Shown here in pieces: positions 11,467 to 25,382 of a DNA stretch of 64,000 nt (position 1 is the first letter of the stretch; each line of letters opens with the position of its first letter). The stretch spans positions 496,001-560,000 of the forward strand of contig CDRNST010000080.1 of the NCBI GenBank assembly GCA_977016875.1, written 5' to 3'. The notes beneath the pieces are model-generated. The model did not search any database and had not been told where the DNA came from. It was given only the letters and a program-made list of their open reading frames with translations. This DNA comes from Pavona decussata (taxonomy: Eukaryota). The position numbers were made by a program, and so were the translations under genes.

Positions 11467-14400
11467 ATGCATCTCCTGCTGTATGTTTTGGCTTTGATTG
11501 TGGCGCCCTATGCCTTAGTGCAAGGTATGTTCTCTTCAGACCATTGAATCATTAATCCTGATTGAATTTGCACTCTCCCCTTAATGATAACTTGCAGTGG
11601 CTCTCAGTTTGAAAATTATATCTGATAGATAAACAATTATCGATCTGAATTTTCTCACTTACGTTGATTACCTGATTTATCTTTCTTCAAACATACCATT
11701 CTAGTCGTTTAAGTTGAATAGAAAATAGGCTGCGTCTACTGGAAATAAATGTATTCCAAGCACTGCACATCCATTTCAAAATTAATGTTAGTTATTGGGG
11801 AATGTCGCCATAGTACTTTTAAATTCACTTTGAAATGCTTAAAGGCATAATTATATCGATGGCAAGGTTAAAATAATACATACAGGTTTAGTTTCATTAA
11901 CAATTGCCCAACCGGTGCACAGAACTGAACTAGTATTGGGCATCTTTGGTTGTGAATAATAGCATGGAAATGGATTGCATCTTGAAAAATAGTGCCCTTT
12001 CTTTCGAGTTCTTCCCGTGTATTGCGGAGAAAAAGATACAAACTGTTAAGGGTATTTTTTCCTTGAAAAAATCACATACTCAATGGTTTCGTCCTGGTAC
12101 TGTTAGAGCATTAAATGTTGATAAAAGGTTTCTTTGTTTAATCATTGACCAGAAACATTGGACGCTCTCCACAGATATATGGATGAACTTTAAACGACAG
12201 TAACTGAGACTTACTTGTAATTTTTACCCTTACATAATTTTACACAATACCGGCATAGTTTGAAATCTTGAAGCATTTCTCTTAAAAAAATTAAAGGGAG
12301 ACCACTGTGACCTATCTGAGATGAATGTTGCTTTTAATTTTTTTTATTAAGTTTGAAACTACTTTTCTCATCAGTTAAATCTGAACTAATTAATCTAAAA
12401 TGATTGTTGCTTTAATAAATAGGAAACTGCGGAGCCCGTCCCCACACTCGTATTGTAGGTGGACACACAGCGCCCAAACATTCTTGGCCATGGCAAGCAA
12501 TGATAATGACTTCACGGAAATCTCAGTTTTGCGGAGGAACTTTGGTTCATCCATCATGGGTTGTGACGGCGTCACACTGTGTGGGCAGTAAGAAACCCGA
12601 TGATATTATTGTAAGGTAACAGGAAATATTTATTACGTTTTCCTCTTAGATAAACTTTCTGCAACAAGACGGAAAGAAAACTAGGTTTCCGGAGTATCAC
12701 TAAGACACTAAGAAATATATCGCAATTGTTGATAAACGTCCTTATTATTGCTTGTTCAAAAATATGATTAAAATGGTGCAAAAAACAAAATAGAATCAAC
12801 ATAAAAACGTATTTTACCGTAACTTTTGCCATCAAAAATCAGGATAAACCGCTCAAACTTTAACTAACTTATCTGTCGTATTGGCTTGAGCGCACAAGGA
12901 TAAAAGAGTTTGGAACCTTTGCATCTCGCCAGTTACATTAAATAATATAACTTTAGATGATCTCGACGTTAAACTGAACGGTAAAGCGGTAGTAGCAGTA
13001 GCAGTCTTTGTCGTCGTCGNNNNNNNNNNNNNNNNNNNNNNNNNNNNNNNNNNNNNNNNNNNNNNNNNNNNNNNNNNNNNNNNNNNNNNNNNNNNNNNNN
13101 NNNNNNNNNNNNNNNNNNNNNNNNNNNNNNNNNNNNNNNNNNNNNNNNNNNNNNNNNNNNNNNNNNNNNNNNNNNNNNNNNNNNNNNNNNNNNNNNNAGT
13201 AGTAGTAGCACTAGCATTAGTAGTATCGTTAACGTGATGCAATGAAGGATGATTGCATGCGAACTATTGAACTCGTATTAGATTTAACAACGTTAAAAAT
13301 AAACTTGGGTTAGTTGTTTTTAGTCAGTAAGGATATTCTAACATGTACAGCAACAGGACGATTTCAGAACGGATGTACACAAGAGAAATTTATGCTTATG
13401 CTTTCTTTTGTGAGTGGGGTAGAAAGAGCTGTTTCAGATGACATCCAATACCTTATTATTTATGATCGATTTATAATGACTCGTTTTCTTTTGAAGAATG
13501 GGCGCACATTCAAAGAGTAACAAAGTAAAGGTTGGCACGGAACAGGATCTGGAGGTTGAAAAGATCATCATACACCCCAGCTATCAAAAACCAAAACAAA
13601 ACAGCAACGACGTTGCCCTTCTCAAGCTCTCAAAACCTGCCAAACTTGGAAAAGGTGTTGGGCTTGCCTGTATTCCAGACCTTGGCCTTCCCTTGCCAGT
13701 TGATGACCTGAATAAGAAGTGTTGGATAACAGGGTGGGGAAGATTGTCCCAAGGTGGAGCCAGCCCGACTTCTCTTCAGCAGGTTGATGTGCCTCTCTAT
13801 TCACACGATCGCTGTGTTGGTAGCTTTCGTAGCTTGATCGACGACTCCATGCTGTGTGCAGGTGTGGAGGAGGGTGGAATTGACTCCTGTCAGGGTGATA
13901 GTGGTGGACCCCTGGTCTGTGAGTTGAATGGTAGATGGTATCTGGAGGGAGCCACGAGCTGGGGAGTTGGTTGTGCTAGCCCAGGGTACCCTGGAGTGTA
14001 TGCCAAAATTCGTCACTTTCTTCCTTGGATAACAAAGACAACAGGCGGTGACGTGATGAGTAAGTGACTTATTTTATTAGAAAATGGACTGTTTTATGTC
14101 GAATGGCAAACCTCTCCTAAATTTATAGATTTGGTGGAAGTTCTGCGTAAGTGACTTGAGAATTGGTTGCACACCGATGTAAAAAATACATTAGTATGCT
14201 TCTGATAAATTTAAATGCCTCTAAATTAACACAGCCCTTGCTTTTTGCTGATGACACGGGTATCTTATACTCTCATTAAAGACCCAAACAAGTTACATTC
14301 CATACTAAATGACGAGCTACGCAATTTTGATGTTTGGTTGAAATGTAATAAGCTCTCGGTCAATCTACAAAAAAAAAAAAAAAAAAAAAAGGATTATCTT

Positions 14401-16259
14401 TAAATCTAGCCGACAAAAGAAACTTAACTAATTTTTCTTTTTTTTGGAAGTCAGTCTCTGAACCAAGCTAATCTGACCAAATATCTTAGGTGTCTATGTT
14501 GATGAGCTTCTAACCTGGAAGCATCACGTCAGCTTTACATGTAAACAAATTTCCAAGTCAGTGGGTATCATATTCAGGTCCCGAATTTAATCATCTTCAA
14601 AAACAAAACTAACTTTGTACTACGCGCTAATTCATCCTTACATCACTTACTGTAACTTAGTGGTAACTCCACCTGGTCGCCCACAAAGCGTGTTGTGCGA
14701 GCCATTGCCAATTCAGATTATCGAGCACACTCTGCTCCTGTTTTTGCTAAATTGGGTATCTTAGACATTTTTCAAGTTAATTCATTTCAAATAGCCAAAT
14801 TTGTTTCATTATCAAAATCAATTATTACCTCCAATATTTCTGAATCTGTTTTAAGAAGTAGCCAAATACATAATTATCGCACCAGAACAGTCAACCGCCA
14901 TCGATCGCATCCTTGTCGGACTAACAATCCTTCAGTTTACCAAGGTCCCAAAATCTGGAAATCTCTCCCAACAACTTCTTCATCTAGTTTTTTCACCTTT
15001 AAGGAAAAAACGTTGGAGTTTTTACTTGTAAAATCATAAATTGACCAAGCTCCACTTACGCAGCATCATATTTATGACAGTCGAGGTGGCCTCTCTTATA
15101 AGCCTTGTGGTTTCTTGAGGTCTCCTCGCCATTACCTTGACCTGTAAGTTGAATGTTTTCCTCTTTTACTAAGGCAAATAAATGATGATGAAAGTAGCAA
15201 GGCCAACAGAAATATTTTTCCTTATTAGGTACATGTAATAACATTAACCTAGTAATTCAAGTCATAAGTTAAAGCCTCTCAACTCCGACTTTGCATTGTA
15301 CATATACTAATTTCGGCGAATCATAAATGTGTGCACAATTTCTTAAAGTTTCTTTTTTTTTGATTTTCGAAGTCACAATCTTCGTGAATATAATTTAATG
15401 GTAATACGTTTGCACTGCTGTCGGTTTAGACTGCTTTGACCGTGCAGTGATAAGGGCTCAAACACAGAACTACGGTACTACCAGTAACTTGTCTTCCATT
15501 TACAGCTTCAAATCACCACGAAGATATAATTTGTCAAGACAAAAGGAAGAACATTTCGTGCAATGGGAGAAAGATAAAAGTTATTTCCGCTTATTATGGA
15601 AGGACGACGATGTTTAAATGTGGCATGGGACTGACAACAAACTGCAAAGCAGCTGGCTCTGGTTCAAAGGTACCCAGTAACACTTAGGGCCTCAACACAC
15701 GATTCAAATTGTTTTCGAATCTTTAATTGACTACTTGATTGAATCGACAACTATTACTGTTCGGAAAGCTTTCTTTTCGCAAATGCTTAAGTTGCGTACT
15801 AATCGCGAGGATATTTCTTCTATTCAGATTTTCCATCCGCAGTTCAAAATATATGTTGCATATGGGTTCGATTCCCGAGATAACGAAAAGTTGCTCGAGG
15901 CGTACTCCAGCTTCTTGAGTGCTCTCCAAACCCCCCAAGTGCTTCGAATCTCGATGAACGCACAGTTGACACATGAAACAATTGTTTTATAACTGAATTA
16001 TTTTCCTCGAGGCATTACTTTGCTGACGTTATTAGCGTGCACAACGGGAATATGAAGCACGCACGCGCAATTGAATTTACAAGAATTTATATTACCACCT
16101 AAGTTATAAAATCAATGATATTATCTTTATTATCCTCAGATCGCGAAGGCCTGCGATGGAAAAGAATCTTGTTGGCTTTACGCATCTAATGAGGTGTATG
16201 GAAATCCTTGTCCTGTGTATGCCTCCAAGTACATCCACATCAAGTACAAGTGTGAATGA
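11467..16259 (+). CDS. Gene 2: secreted trypsin-like protease with C-terminal SUEL/rhamnose-binding lectin domain
   Basis: Exons: 11467-11524 (MHLLLYVLALIVAPYALVQ signal), 12423-12615 (CGARPHTR|IVGG..TASHC), 13497-14059 (DVALL; [11 protein letters not shown], Asp189), 15506-15669 (IC..ISC..AYYGR..C..C), 16140-16259 (CDGKESC..YGNPC..KYIHIKYKCE*). Phases 1,2,1,0 are consistent. AATAAA at 16425-16430. Confidence 0.85.
14230..15192 (+). mobile_element. 5'-truncated, decayed CR1/L2-type non-LTR retrotransposon in gene 2 intron 3
   Basis: LLFADDT RT motif near 14237; KCNKLSVNL; LTWKHH; AHSAPVFAKLGILDIFQVNSFQIAKF..YQGPKIWKSLP; ends AATAAA followed by (TGA)n. Confidence 0.8.
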
Positions 16260-17645
16260 AATGTATGGGTGAATACTCCTATGGCGTGATTTTTTAAATA
16301 TTATTTTTAGGAATTTTGTAACTTGATTTAAGCCACAGAAAACAAGAAGAAAAATTAATGTTTTTGTGGAAACAAAATAGGAAAAATATGCCAAAACAGC
16401 TTGCGTTCTCTTAAGCTTCATTGAAATAAAAAGGAAATATGTCGTTGGATTAAAATAATGTAACCAACGCAGCAATGAATAGATTCAACCAATCAACCTT
16501 AATTCCCTCCAAAGAAAGCCATGAGGATTAATTTCCATCACGACTAGGAAGATAAAATTTATACTGTATTTTATGATCAACGAATCTCTTGAGGAACCAA
16601 TTTCAAAGGTTCATTTACTAATTTATTAAAATTTTCAAAAAATGGCACAATAAGACGTATGAATGGGCTTAGATTCCTTCAGATGACTTTTTAGGAACTT
16701 ATTTTCCCGGGGTTGGCGAGTGGGAGCATTGCTGGAGGGAATTTTGCGTTTCAAAATTCATAAGGTTTGATATCTGATGATAGCAGTTAGCCGTGACACT
16801 TGATGGGGGGTACATAATTTGGAAGGGTTTAGAAAAAATGTGGGTGTGTGAGATTTTGGGGCTTACATCTGAAGGGGGTGTTGTGTGTGTGTGTGTGCGT
16901 GCGTGCATGGTTAGGGGAGGGGTACCAGTGATATATCTAATGTTTTGGCCTGGCAGTTTCCTCACCTAAAGTAGCAACGTAATAGTTACACCGGTGGGTA
17001 ACAGTTTTCTTCCTTTTCTCCTTCTTTTCAGGATAGAAAGAGAGAGAGAAACAATATGCGAGTTCTCGTCGAAGAAGTAGAAATAAAATGCAATGTTTAA
17101 AAACATTTTTGTTGATAAATCTCTGCGCCGCCTAACATCCATTGCGTACTCTAAAATTTAAGATCGGACATTACCATTCCTTATTCTAAGAAACAACTTC
17201 GGAGCAGCCAAACTGAAAATGATGGGAAACTTGTACAGGGCACTGAAACGGTAGTCTAAATCTTATGCTAGTTGAACCTTCTTCTTCACTAACTCCTTTA
17301 AGCTATAGTTTTCTGGCGAAGGGATTGGGAGGCCGTGCTTTGTTTTCAGAGAGATGAAGCCAGTGAAAAAAACAATGTTACCATAGCTATACTAAATCAA
17401 ATGCAACAAACAACAGAAATATGGTGGGAATCGGCCGATCCACTTATTCAACAGTTTTGAATTTGGCTATTATTGTCTGACCAATCCTAAAATTACAGAG
17501 CCAAAATTCAAATCATCGATGTCTGTGGAAATTCTCAATTTGACTTTTCTTAAGGAAAATCGATGCCTGACAGACAATATAAACTTATAAACGTTGGATT
17601 TTCAATCACAGAAAGATTCATTTCACTACGTATAGCTAAATATAA

Positions 17646-18033
17646 AGGCTGGTTTTCACTAAAACATAAGCATAAGCATAAGCATAAAGATAAGCAAGTT
17701 AGAACACTTGCTACATAAGCATAAGGAAAGACGCACGCGCAGAAAACCATTTCTTGACGGAATTCTCGATACCAGCTCCCCTCAATGTTAAGCAAGATGG
17801 CGGACGGAATGGTTGACTGTGTTGTGCTTGTGCTTATGTCGTCACTGTTCTCACTGGTGAAAACGGCGACATAACATAACATAAGCATAAGTACAAGAAG
17901 GACGAACATGTACTGTTCGTTCTTCTTATGCTTGTGCATATGCTTATGTAGCACGTGTTCTCACGTGATAAAACGGCGTTTATGCTTCTGCTTCTGCTTC
18001 TGCTTTTGCCTATGTCCTAGTGAAAACCAGGCT
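17646..18033. mobile_element. PIF/Harbinger-type MITE with (ATAAGC)n subterminal repeats
   Basis: TIRs aggctggttttcacta / tagtgaaaaccaggct; TAA TSD on both sides. Confidence 0.8.
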
Positions 18034-18871
18034 TAAGAACGCAAAGTACAAAAAAAAAAAAATGCAAACATATGCATTTTGGAATAATCATTTTATTATT
18101 TTAGTTAATCTAAATCGACTTTTACTTTCTTTTAAATTTTACGCTTATTTTCTCTTTTCTGTTTTCCTTTGCTCTGCAAGGCATTGGTCCTCTGTCGAGT
18201 TAGGCTGTATAAAACAAAAAATGAAAATAACATCAAACATCATACATAAGTTATGATAAATCAAGTACACATGAGTTGGAGGTCTAGACTGAAACACTGA
18301 CCGCGCAATGTCCTTTCCTTTGTGCGCATGTAGGATGAAATCTATAATTATAAACTATGAAGAGTTTCATGTGTGAACAAAAATGGTGGCCAGTGGTGAT
18401 TTTTGTTCATTTTATTTCATTTTACGTTTCTGATACAGTGATAGAAGAACTAATACATTTTAACAAGCCCCTTTGAAACTAGCCAATGAGGATTTTTAGT
18501 CCGATCTCCCAGGAAAGGAGAAGTTAAAGAAGACTAATGGAGTTGGATAGTTTTTGTAAATATTTTTGCTCTCCCCTCTACTCAGGTGACACCTTATGGG
18601 GGCGTGTTTGTTGAGGTTTAAGTGACTTTTTCAGGCCACAACACCTTAGCCAAGGCTGGAAATCAAGTTCAAACATTGCTTATTGTCATGAAATTCATAC
18701 GAACTGTTTCAGAGTTCAGTTAATCAACTTAAGTCTGCGTAACATCACTTAAAGTGCCTCATTACGCTTTTATTACCTCGCTATAGAAATCAACGCAAAG
18801 AAGTGGTAAAAAGGTTTCAGCGATTTTTGCATGTCAAGGTAGTGTCATTTCGGATCGGATGGCCTCAAGCA

Positions 18872-20764
18872 CTATATCAGCGATAAAATCTTACCCATGT
18901 TTGATTCAATCCAAGATTGGAGATACCGCACTTTTGCGTACACTCCGTATTTTTTAGGAAATGCACAGCCGTATCCCCAGCTAGTGATTCCCTCCAGATA
19001 CCATCGCCCATTGAACTCACACATCAGTGGTCCACCACTATCGCCCTGGCAAGAGTCAATTCCACCCTCATCCAGACCAGCACACAGCATGGATTTATGT
19101 ATCTTTCCGATCCCTTTGTAACCTTTTTTGCAGCGGCGTTTGGACACGAGTGGTACGCTTGCTTCATACAGCATGTCTGGCTGCGATCCACCGGAAGAAA
19201 GAGTTCCCCATCCTGTGATGAAGCACCTTTTGGTAAGATCATCGATTGGCAGCGAGTTACGTCTATCTGGCAGGCACACAGTATCGACCTCTTGACCAAT
19301 AAGAACAGGCTGGGCAAGCTTCAACAAGGCAACGTCATGGCTGTTACTTTTTGGGTTGTAGTTTTCGTGCACGATAATTTCAGTGACATCAACATCTTGC
19401 TCTGTTCCCAAGGAGCAGTTCTCTCTGTAATGGGCACCCATTCTATATATGTATGCAATATATAAAAGGTGACTGAAATATTATTATCAAGTATTACGCC
19501 TGAATGTAGCGTTCATCATAAACTTCATCATAAAGTTTGAGCCATTGACACAATTATCAGAAACGTCAAGCTGGCGGCAGACATTCCCTTGTTAGTGAAA
19601 AGTTCATGTTATCAAAGCTCTTGAAATACCGAACGTACGGTATGTTAGTCTCTTTGGCTATTTATCGACAATCATGGACGATAATTTAAAATGGCCAGGT
19701 CTAAAGTATGTTTGAATTGTGGAAAATCAACTGAAATTTTAGTCAATCTCAATAATGAGTTGAAAGAAGTTTCTGTGGTATCTCTCACGCGTTATAATCT
19801 TGTTAATCAACAACAAAAGGCCAATGCAAGACGCTAATCAGTAATCTTTCGGAACATAAATGATCTTTCATGTTGCGATTTGATTGATTGATTAATTTCG
19901 TGGTAAAATCATAATTATCCGTACGCAGCAAGTTTACCTGACAACTATCGCACTCGCTGGTGCACCATCTACGCAATGCGCGGCAGTAACCACAACATTT
20001 GGAGAGATCAATGATCCCCCACAGAACTGGCGGTCCGCAAACTTTGCTCTCAGCATGGCCTGCCATGGCCACTCATTTCTAGCAGCCGCAATTCCACCAA
20101 CAATACGACTGCCAGGTGGTTTAAGGCCACATTTAGCTGCAAAAACAACAAAGACACTGAAGAATGAGATTCTCTCTCCGTGGGCTGTTTTAAATCTGAT
20201 ATATGTTAGCCAGTATTAAGCCTCTGGATGTTCATCAAAGTTACTAATAACTATTCAACTAAAAAAGCCGTCAGTAGTTGTATATTTCTAGGGAGCTGCA
20301 TCTGAATCTAAATATTGCTAGAATCAGGACAATTATACCACACAGTGGTACCGTTACTTTACTTCACTTCTACTTTTACTCAGTTTCAACTATCAAAGTA
20401 AGGCCTTAATTTAGGGTAAAACAAACACAAACTTTGTTTTTGCTGCAATTAACATTTACGGCTGCAGTTTACTGTTATCAAGAGAAAAGATTCAGAAAAT
20501 CTATCTATGTCACTATGAAAAAAATGTGCAAATACTTATTGAATTACTCAATACCTTCAAACTGCAGAGAAAAAAGAAGGACATAGGTTAATGAGCAACC
20601 CAAGGAAACTCTTCGCGAAAAAAGCAACATAAATCAAGGAAACAGATTTTTGATTTCTTCGAATACTAAATCTACTGCTAGAAGCTAATCAATAAACTTC
20701 GCTTACCCTCTGTGAAAGATGTTAATCCAGCAATTACAGCAAGTATTAGAACGAAATGATGCAT
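18872..20764 (-). CDS. Gene 3: secreted trypsin-like serine protease (3' end uncertain)
   Basis: Exons: 20764-20707 ([19 protein letters not shown]), 20136-19938 (CGLKPPGSR|IVGG..TAAHC), 19442-18872 (DVALL; [11 protein letters not shown]). A GTAAGA donor after 18895 suggests a further short terminal exon. Confidence 0.85.
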
Positions 20765-23114
20765 CTTGTTAAATCTCCTTCCAAACTACAAGGCATGTAC
20801 TGAGGCTATCAACTTTTATTAGGAATTAGGACAAAGGGAAATGTAGGGCGGAGGGCATTTCTCAATACACCTGCTAGGAACGTCTTTCACCGAGACTACC
20901 TGTCTGTATAATGACACACAATTAAAGAAATGTTTATTGTTTCTACCTTTGAGTACACTGCTACAATGGTTAAATATTTAATTTGCAACCACTTGGCCAT
21001 TAACAATAGCCTTTTGATTTACTTGATGAATGCTGATAGAAAATAAACTCGATTTTGCCAGGAGTCCATTAGCCGAAGCGTCAGTATAACTCCTTTATAT
21101 TCGTGTAACTGCGTTTTCTTAAACCAGTTTTTTTTTTAGATATTTAAGTTCTCTCATGAGCCTTACTGACCACTCTAAAAATTAACGTAATTCTCATCTG
21201 AGCTGGAATTTAAATGTTCGCGTGAAATAGTATTCCCATACGTATGTAACTACCGTTTGAGTACACTGTCGTTGGTTAAATATTTAATTTGCAAAGACTT
21301 GCCATTAACAACGGCTATTTATTTACTTGTTAATGGAGATGAAAAATAAACTAGTCGGTCTTGCATATAAAGTTTAATGAGGTCCATTGTAATTATCTAG
21401 GAGCAACAAGACCTATTGCACAAGCAAATTGAGAACATTTTTTAATTTCTCTTTTAAAAAGTGTACGTGGCTTGTTTACACATTTAATGTTTAAGTCGTT
21501 TAAGAGCTAAATCTGCAGACGAGAGGGATAAATTTGGGATAGAATAAAGTAGCATTACTTCGTTTCATTTTAAAGCACGTTTTTTTTTTTAATTTTCAAG
21601 ATTAACTAATATGGTTGAAGCGTACACATTTCTGCTTCCTAGAGCTGACCAATAATTTACAGAGCAAATGACACTCAAATTGTTTGTTTTCAGATGTTTT
21701 AAAAATCATTTTTGAAATAGAGAGTTTAAAAGCGTAATGAGAGTATGAACAAATCTTTCATTCAGTTTGATGATGACAAGGGTCTTTTGTACTTAAGTTG
21801 GAAGAAGCAACTAATTTTCTGAAGTAAATGTCCGCAATTTCTTGCGTCGATTGCAGAGGAGCAACTACCTACAAGTGCTTTGGCACTGCTCCTTGCACTG
21901 TTAAAAAAAAAATAATAAAAAAGAAGCAGTATTGCTTTACTAAACAGGTGCAAAAATAAAGTGACTTCTCCAGTGATTTTGTGCATTATTACTACCACTT
22001 TTTGTAACAAATCCCGCCCTCGCATTTGCGGTCTATTTGTCTTTGAATTGACTTAAACATTAAACATTTAAACAACTTGATGAATGCACTTAGAAAGATA
22101 ACGTTTGTTTTTTACACCGGCTAGTGCATTGCAAAATTGTAATGCCCCCTTTATAGATTATTGAAAATCACTTTGCTAACTTAAACCCCGGGCGTAGAAC
22201 TGATCAAAATGCATGCCACCTTCCTGTATGGTTTTCCTCTGAGTGTTTCAAAAGGATCAGTTTTTGGTCGGCAACTACACTCTTCCAAGTTGCCGTTGTC
22301 TTTTGTCTTTAATGCACATTTTGGCAAAATTTTTGACGAAAATCGATTGTTAGTGGTACGAAATGTGAACTTAAAAGGAGCCATTACTGAAAAGACTATG
22401 TTTTCACCTTTTTGGCTAAAAAATAAAATGCGAACAAAAGTCGCAAAGTGTTTAAGTAGATTATAATATTAATTCATTTTGTGTATGGAATATTTCAACT
22501 TTTTTGGATACTATAATCACTGTGAATAGTAGAATTTTGAATCATCTTTAACACTAGCTAGTGCATCTTTCTATAATTGTGACGTATTATACATTCAGAC
22601 AGCTAGCTTTGGTACGGACTAGTTGAATTACCACTTTTAAAGTTAAAGGAAATTAAACACCTTAAAATTGAAGCTGAATTATTGGTAAACATTGTTATTT
22701 CTGTTTTTAACAGAATTACATTTTATTTACAGTTTACCTGACATACAAAATGTTAAATGGCGCATCCATTCCTTAAAATTTGAGAAACGTTTAAAATTAA
22801 AATTATACAAGCCCCAACTGAGCAAATACCCAATAAATGTTTTACAATAACATTTGAAGACAGCCTGTCACTTTTTAAGTAAAGTAAATTCTCTCTCACT
22901 GATAGCTGCTTTAATGCATACATCTCACCCGTTTTTACACAGATCAGATGAATCTTAGTCTCAAACTAATATTTCTTGCAAGGGAAAGCTTATTACTATT
23001 GAATTGGACGTACGTCCTTCCATAAAAATAAAAACGCAAAGAAACTAAATAAGCATTTTTATCACAACTAGAAACAACTCTTTTTATATGGAAGATGGAC
23101 AGAGTCTCCTTTAA

Positions 23115-23464
23115 AGAGGCAGTGTCACCTATTTTTAGTGTCCCTTTGATCAGCCAAAATTGTTGTTAACAATATCTCTACTAGTGCACAGAAACTAGTA
23201 TCATTCATCCTTGCCTGCAGATGGCTAGCACGGGAATGGATTGCAACTTGAAAAAAAATAGCCAATTTTTTCAAGTTCCTCCTATGTATAATGGGAAAAA
23301 TGGCTACAAAACGTTTTATAGTGTATTCTTGTTCAGAGAAATCGTTTCATATTTTCTCCGCGCTGCTCTTAGAGCAATTTCGTGTTAGAGAAGTGGTTCA
23401 AATTAAAAAACTTGAGCAGTTTTGACCAACATACAGCAAAATCTCCGTCACAGTGCCCGCCCCT
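23115..23464. mobile_element. Kolobok-like non-autonomous DNA transposon; related inverted partial copy at ~28550-28766
   Basis: Flanked by TTAA; begins agaggcagtgtc and ends ..gtgcccgccct; shares ~170 nt with the reverse complement of 28550-28766. Confidence 0.55.
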
Positions 23465-25382
23465 TTAAAGTGCCCCTGGGACGAAAGTTTCATTTTCCAT
23501 CCTTTTGCATTTTCGTGTAGAATATGACCTTCTTACTCATGTTACCAAATTTCAATCCTTTACGGCGATTGGAAGTATTTTTTTTAGCTTTTTATTCGAG
23601 ATTTCACGGCGGCCATTACTTGGCCTTGTTCCGGAAGTTAAGGCTCAAATTACAGGAAGTGACGTCATTGGCTCAACACGAACAATTTCACATGGCTAAT
23701 TTTCATGTGGATTCTACTTCATAAACTGTATTCTGCTGTTGCGAACTATATATTTCACTCCTGTATGGCAGCAGTAAAAAGTCCTCGGCATCTTCGACAG
23801 CCTACAAATAGGTTCTATTCACAACCTTTTTTTTTAATAAAAACTTTTCATATGAAAATTAGTTTTGTTTGCATATGAATGAAAACTAATTTTCATAACA
23901 AAAACTTTGCACTTAGCCTCGCTTTCATAATGAGCTTCAAAGCAACTCGGAAATGGTCTATTCGATGTGTGCTCGCCATAAGAATAAACTGAGCCTTTTT
24001 TCTTAGATAGAAAATGAACAGTGCTTCCTTTATTACATGTACAAAGCACTTAATCAGAATATATGTGAAAAAAATGAAAAATACCATTTACACTAAACAA
24101 CAACCATTGATTGCCTGGGCAAAATTTGAAAGAATGATATGGTCAAACCCCTTTTTCTGTTTTGTTACTATCCACCGGATATAAACATAACGTTTACAAA
24201 AGACGAGAGGAATGACAATCATCGCTTGGTCCCGATTTTCCCGCAATTTTTTTACCCTTGTCGCTTACCCTTCCAGCTTTTACGCAAGTATGAAGAAAAA
24301 CGTTCGAGAAAATGAATAGATGTTTGGCTACCGATCATAAAGGCCTGGATTAATTTTGCTCAGGCTACGAGTAACTTCAAAACAACTGCCCGCCTTAATT
24401 TGATACCCATTTTTTCCTTTTTTCGCGTTTACGTTAAGCTCACAAGGAAACGTTTAGTTTTACGAGGCACACAACCGATAGCAAACGACAAAGTTGAAAT
24501 AAAATCCTTCAATGGACTTGTTTACTCAAACCTTACCCGCAAATTATCCACCGATGTTCTAAAATAATCATTTTGATTGAAGCATCTCCTGTTAAACAAT
24601 CACCGATAAACAAAGTTTTCTGTTGTGCGGATGAGAGATACGTGTTTATAGTAATGAATGTTACTTCAGAGTCGAGAGCCTTCTCGTATCTAGTCCCGTA
24701 TCATGAGTGCGCACAATATAAGAAAATTTAACAAATTAGTCAAGGGGTGCAATTTGACGAGATAAATGAGTGTCTTGTATCAATAATGAGTGTGTTGTTT
24801 TTACACTATAAATATGAAGTTCTAGCCATCGCTATCAGCACCGGCTATTGAAAGAGTCGCCAGTAGATTGCAATACCACAGTACATTTAGTTAGATTTGC
24901 CATGAAGAGAATGCAAAGGTGCCATTAAGAGCGTGATACGATGTGGGAAGTGATGGAAGAAAATTCACAACGAGGGCCATGATATGTACTGAGCAACCGG
25001 AAATAGTCATTGGAAACTTTCTTTACCGTCAATTCTGCTTAGGTATTGATTCAAAGTGGGAGGACAACAAAGTGTGCAATAGATGAAGCGCGTACAAAAA
25101 AATCATACAAACGAAGAAAAGCACTTTTTCAAATTTATTCTTCCAAACTAGTTCATAAAACTACAATGACCAAGCACCAGAATTTTAAAACGTAACTTTT
25201 TTCCCCACAATATTTGCAACGTTGCTTTCTCCTTGGGGTCACTTTTACGCTGCAAGACAACAAAGAGGACATAGAGTCAGGAATAAAATAATTGACAATG
25301 TTTGTGTGCGTGGGAAAATGACGAATTCAAACAAAGTAGAAAGTTTGTTCACTATTTACTATGTCAGTATTCTATTCAATAG

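Noticed and set aside
18100-18660. Terminal exon of gene 3 (candidate acceptors near 18656 or 18206)
   Set aside because: Both give only short tails with no recognisable domain; cannot choose between them.
18897-19465. Antisense ORFs over gene 3 (also over genes 2 and 4)
   Set aside because: Shadow frames of real coding exons with no motif support.
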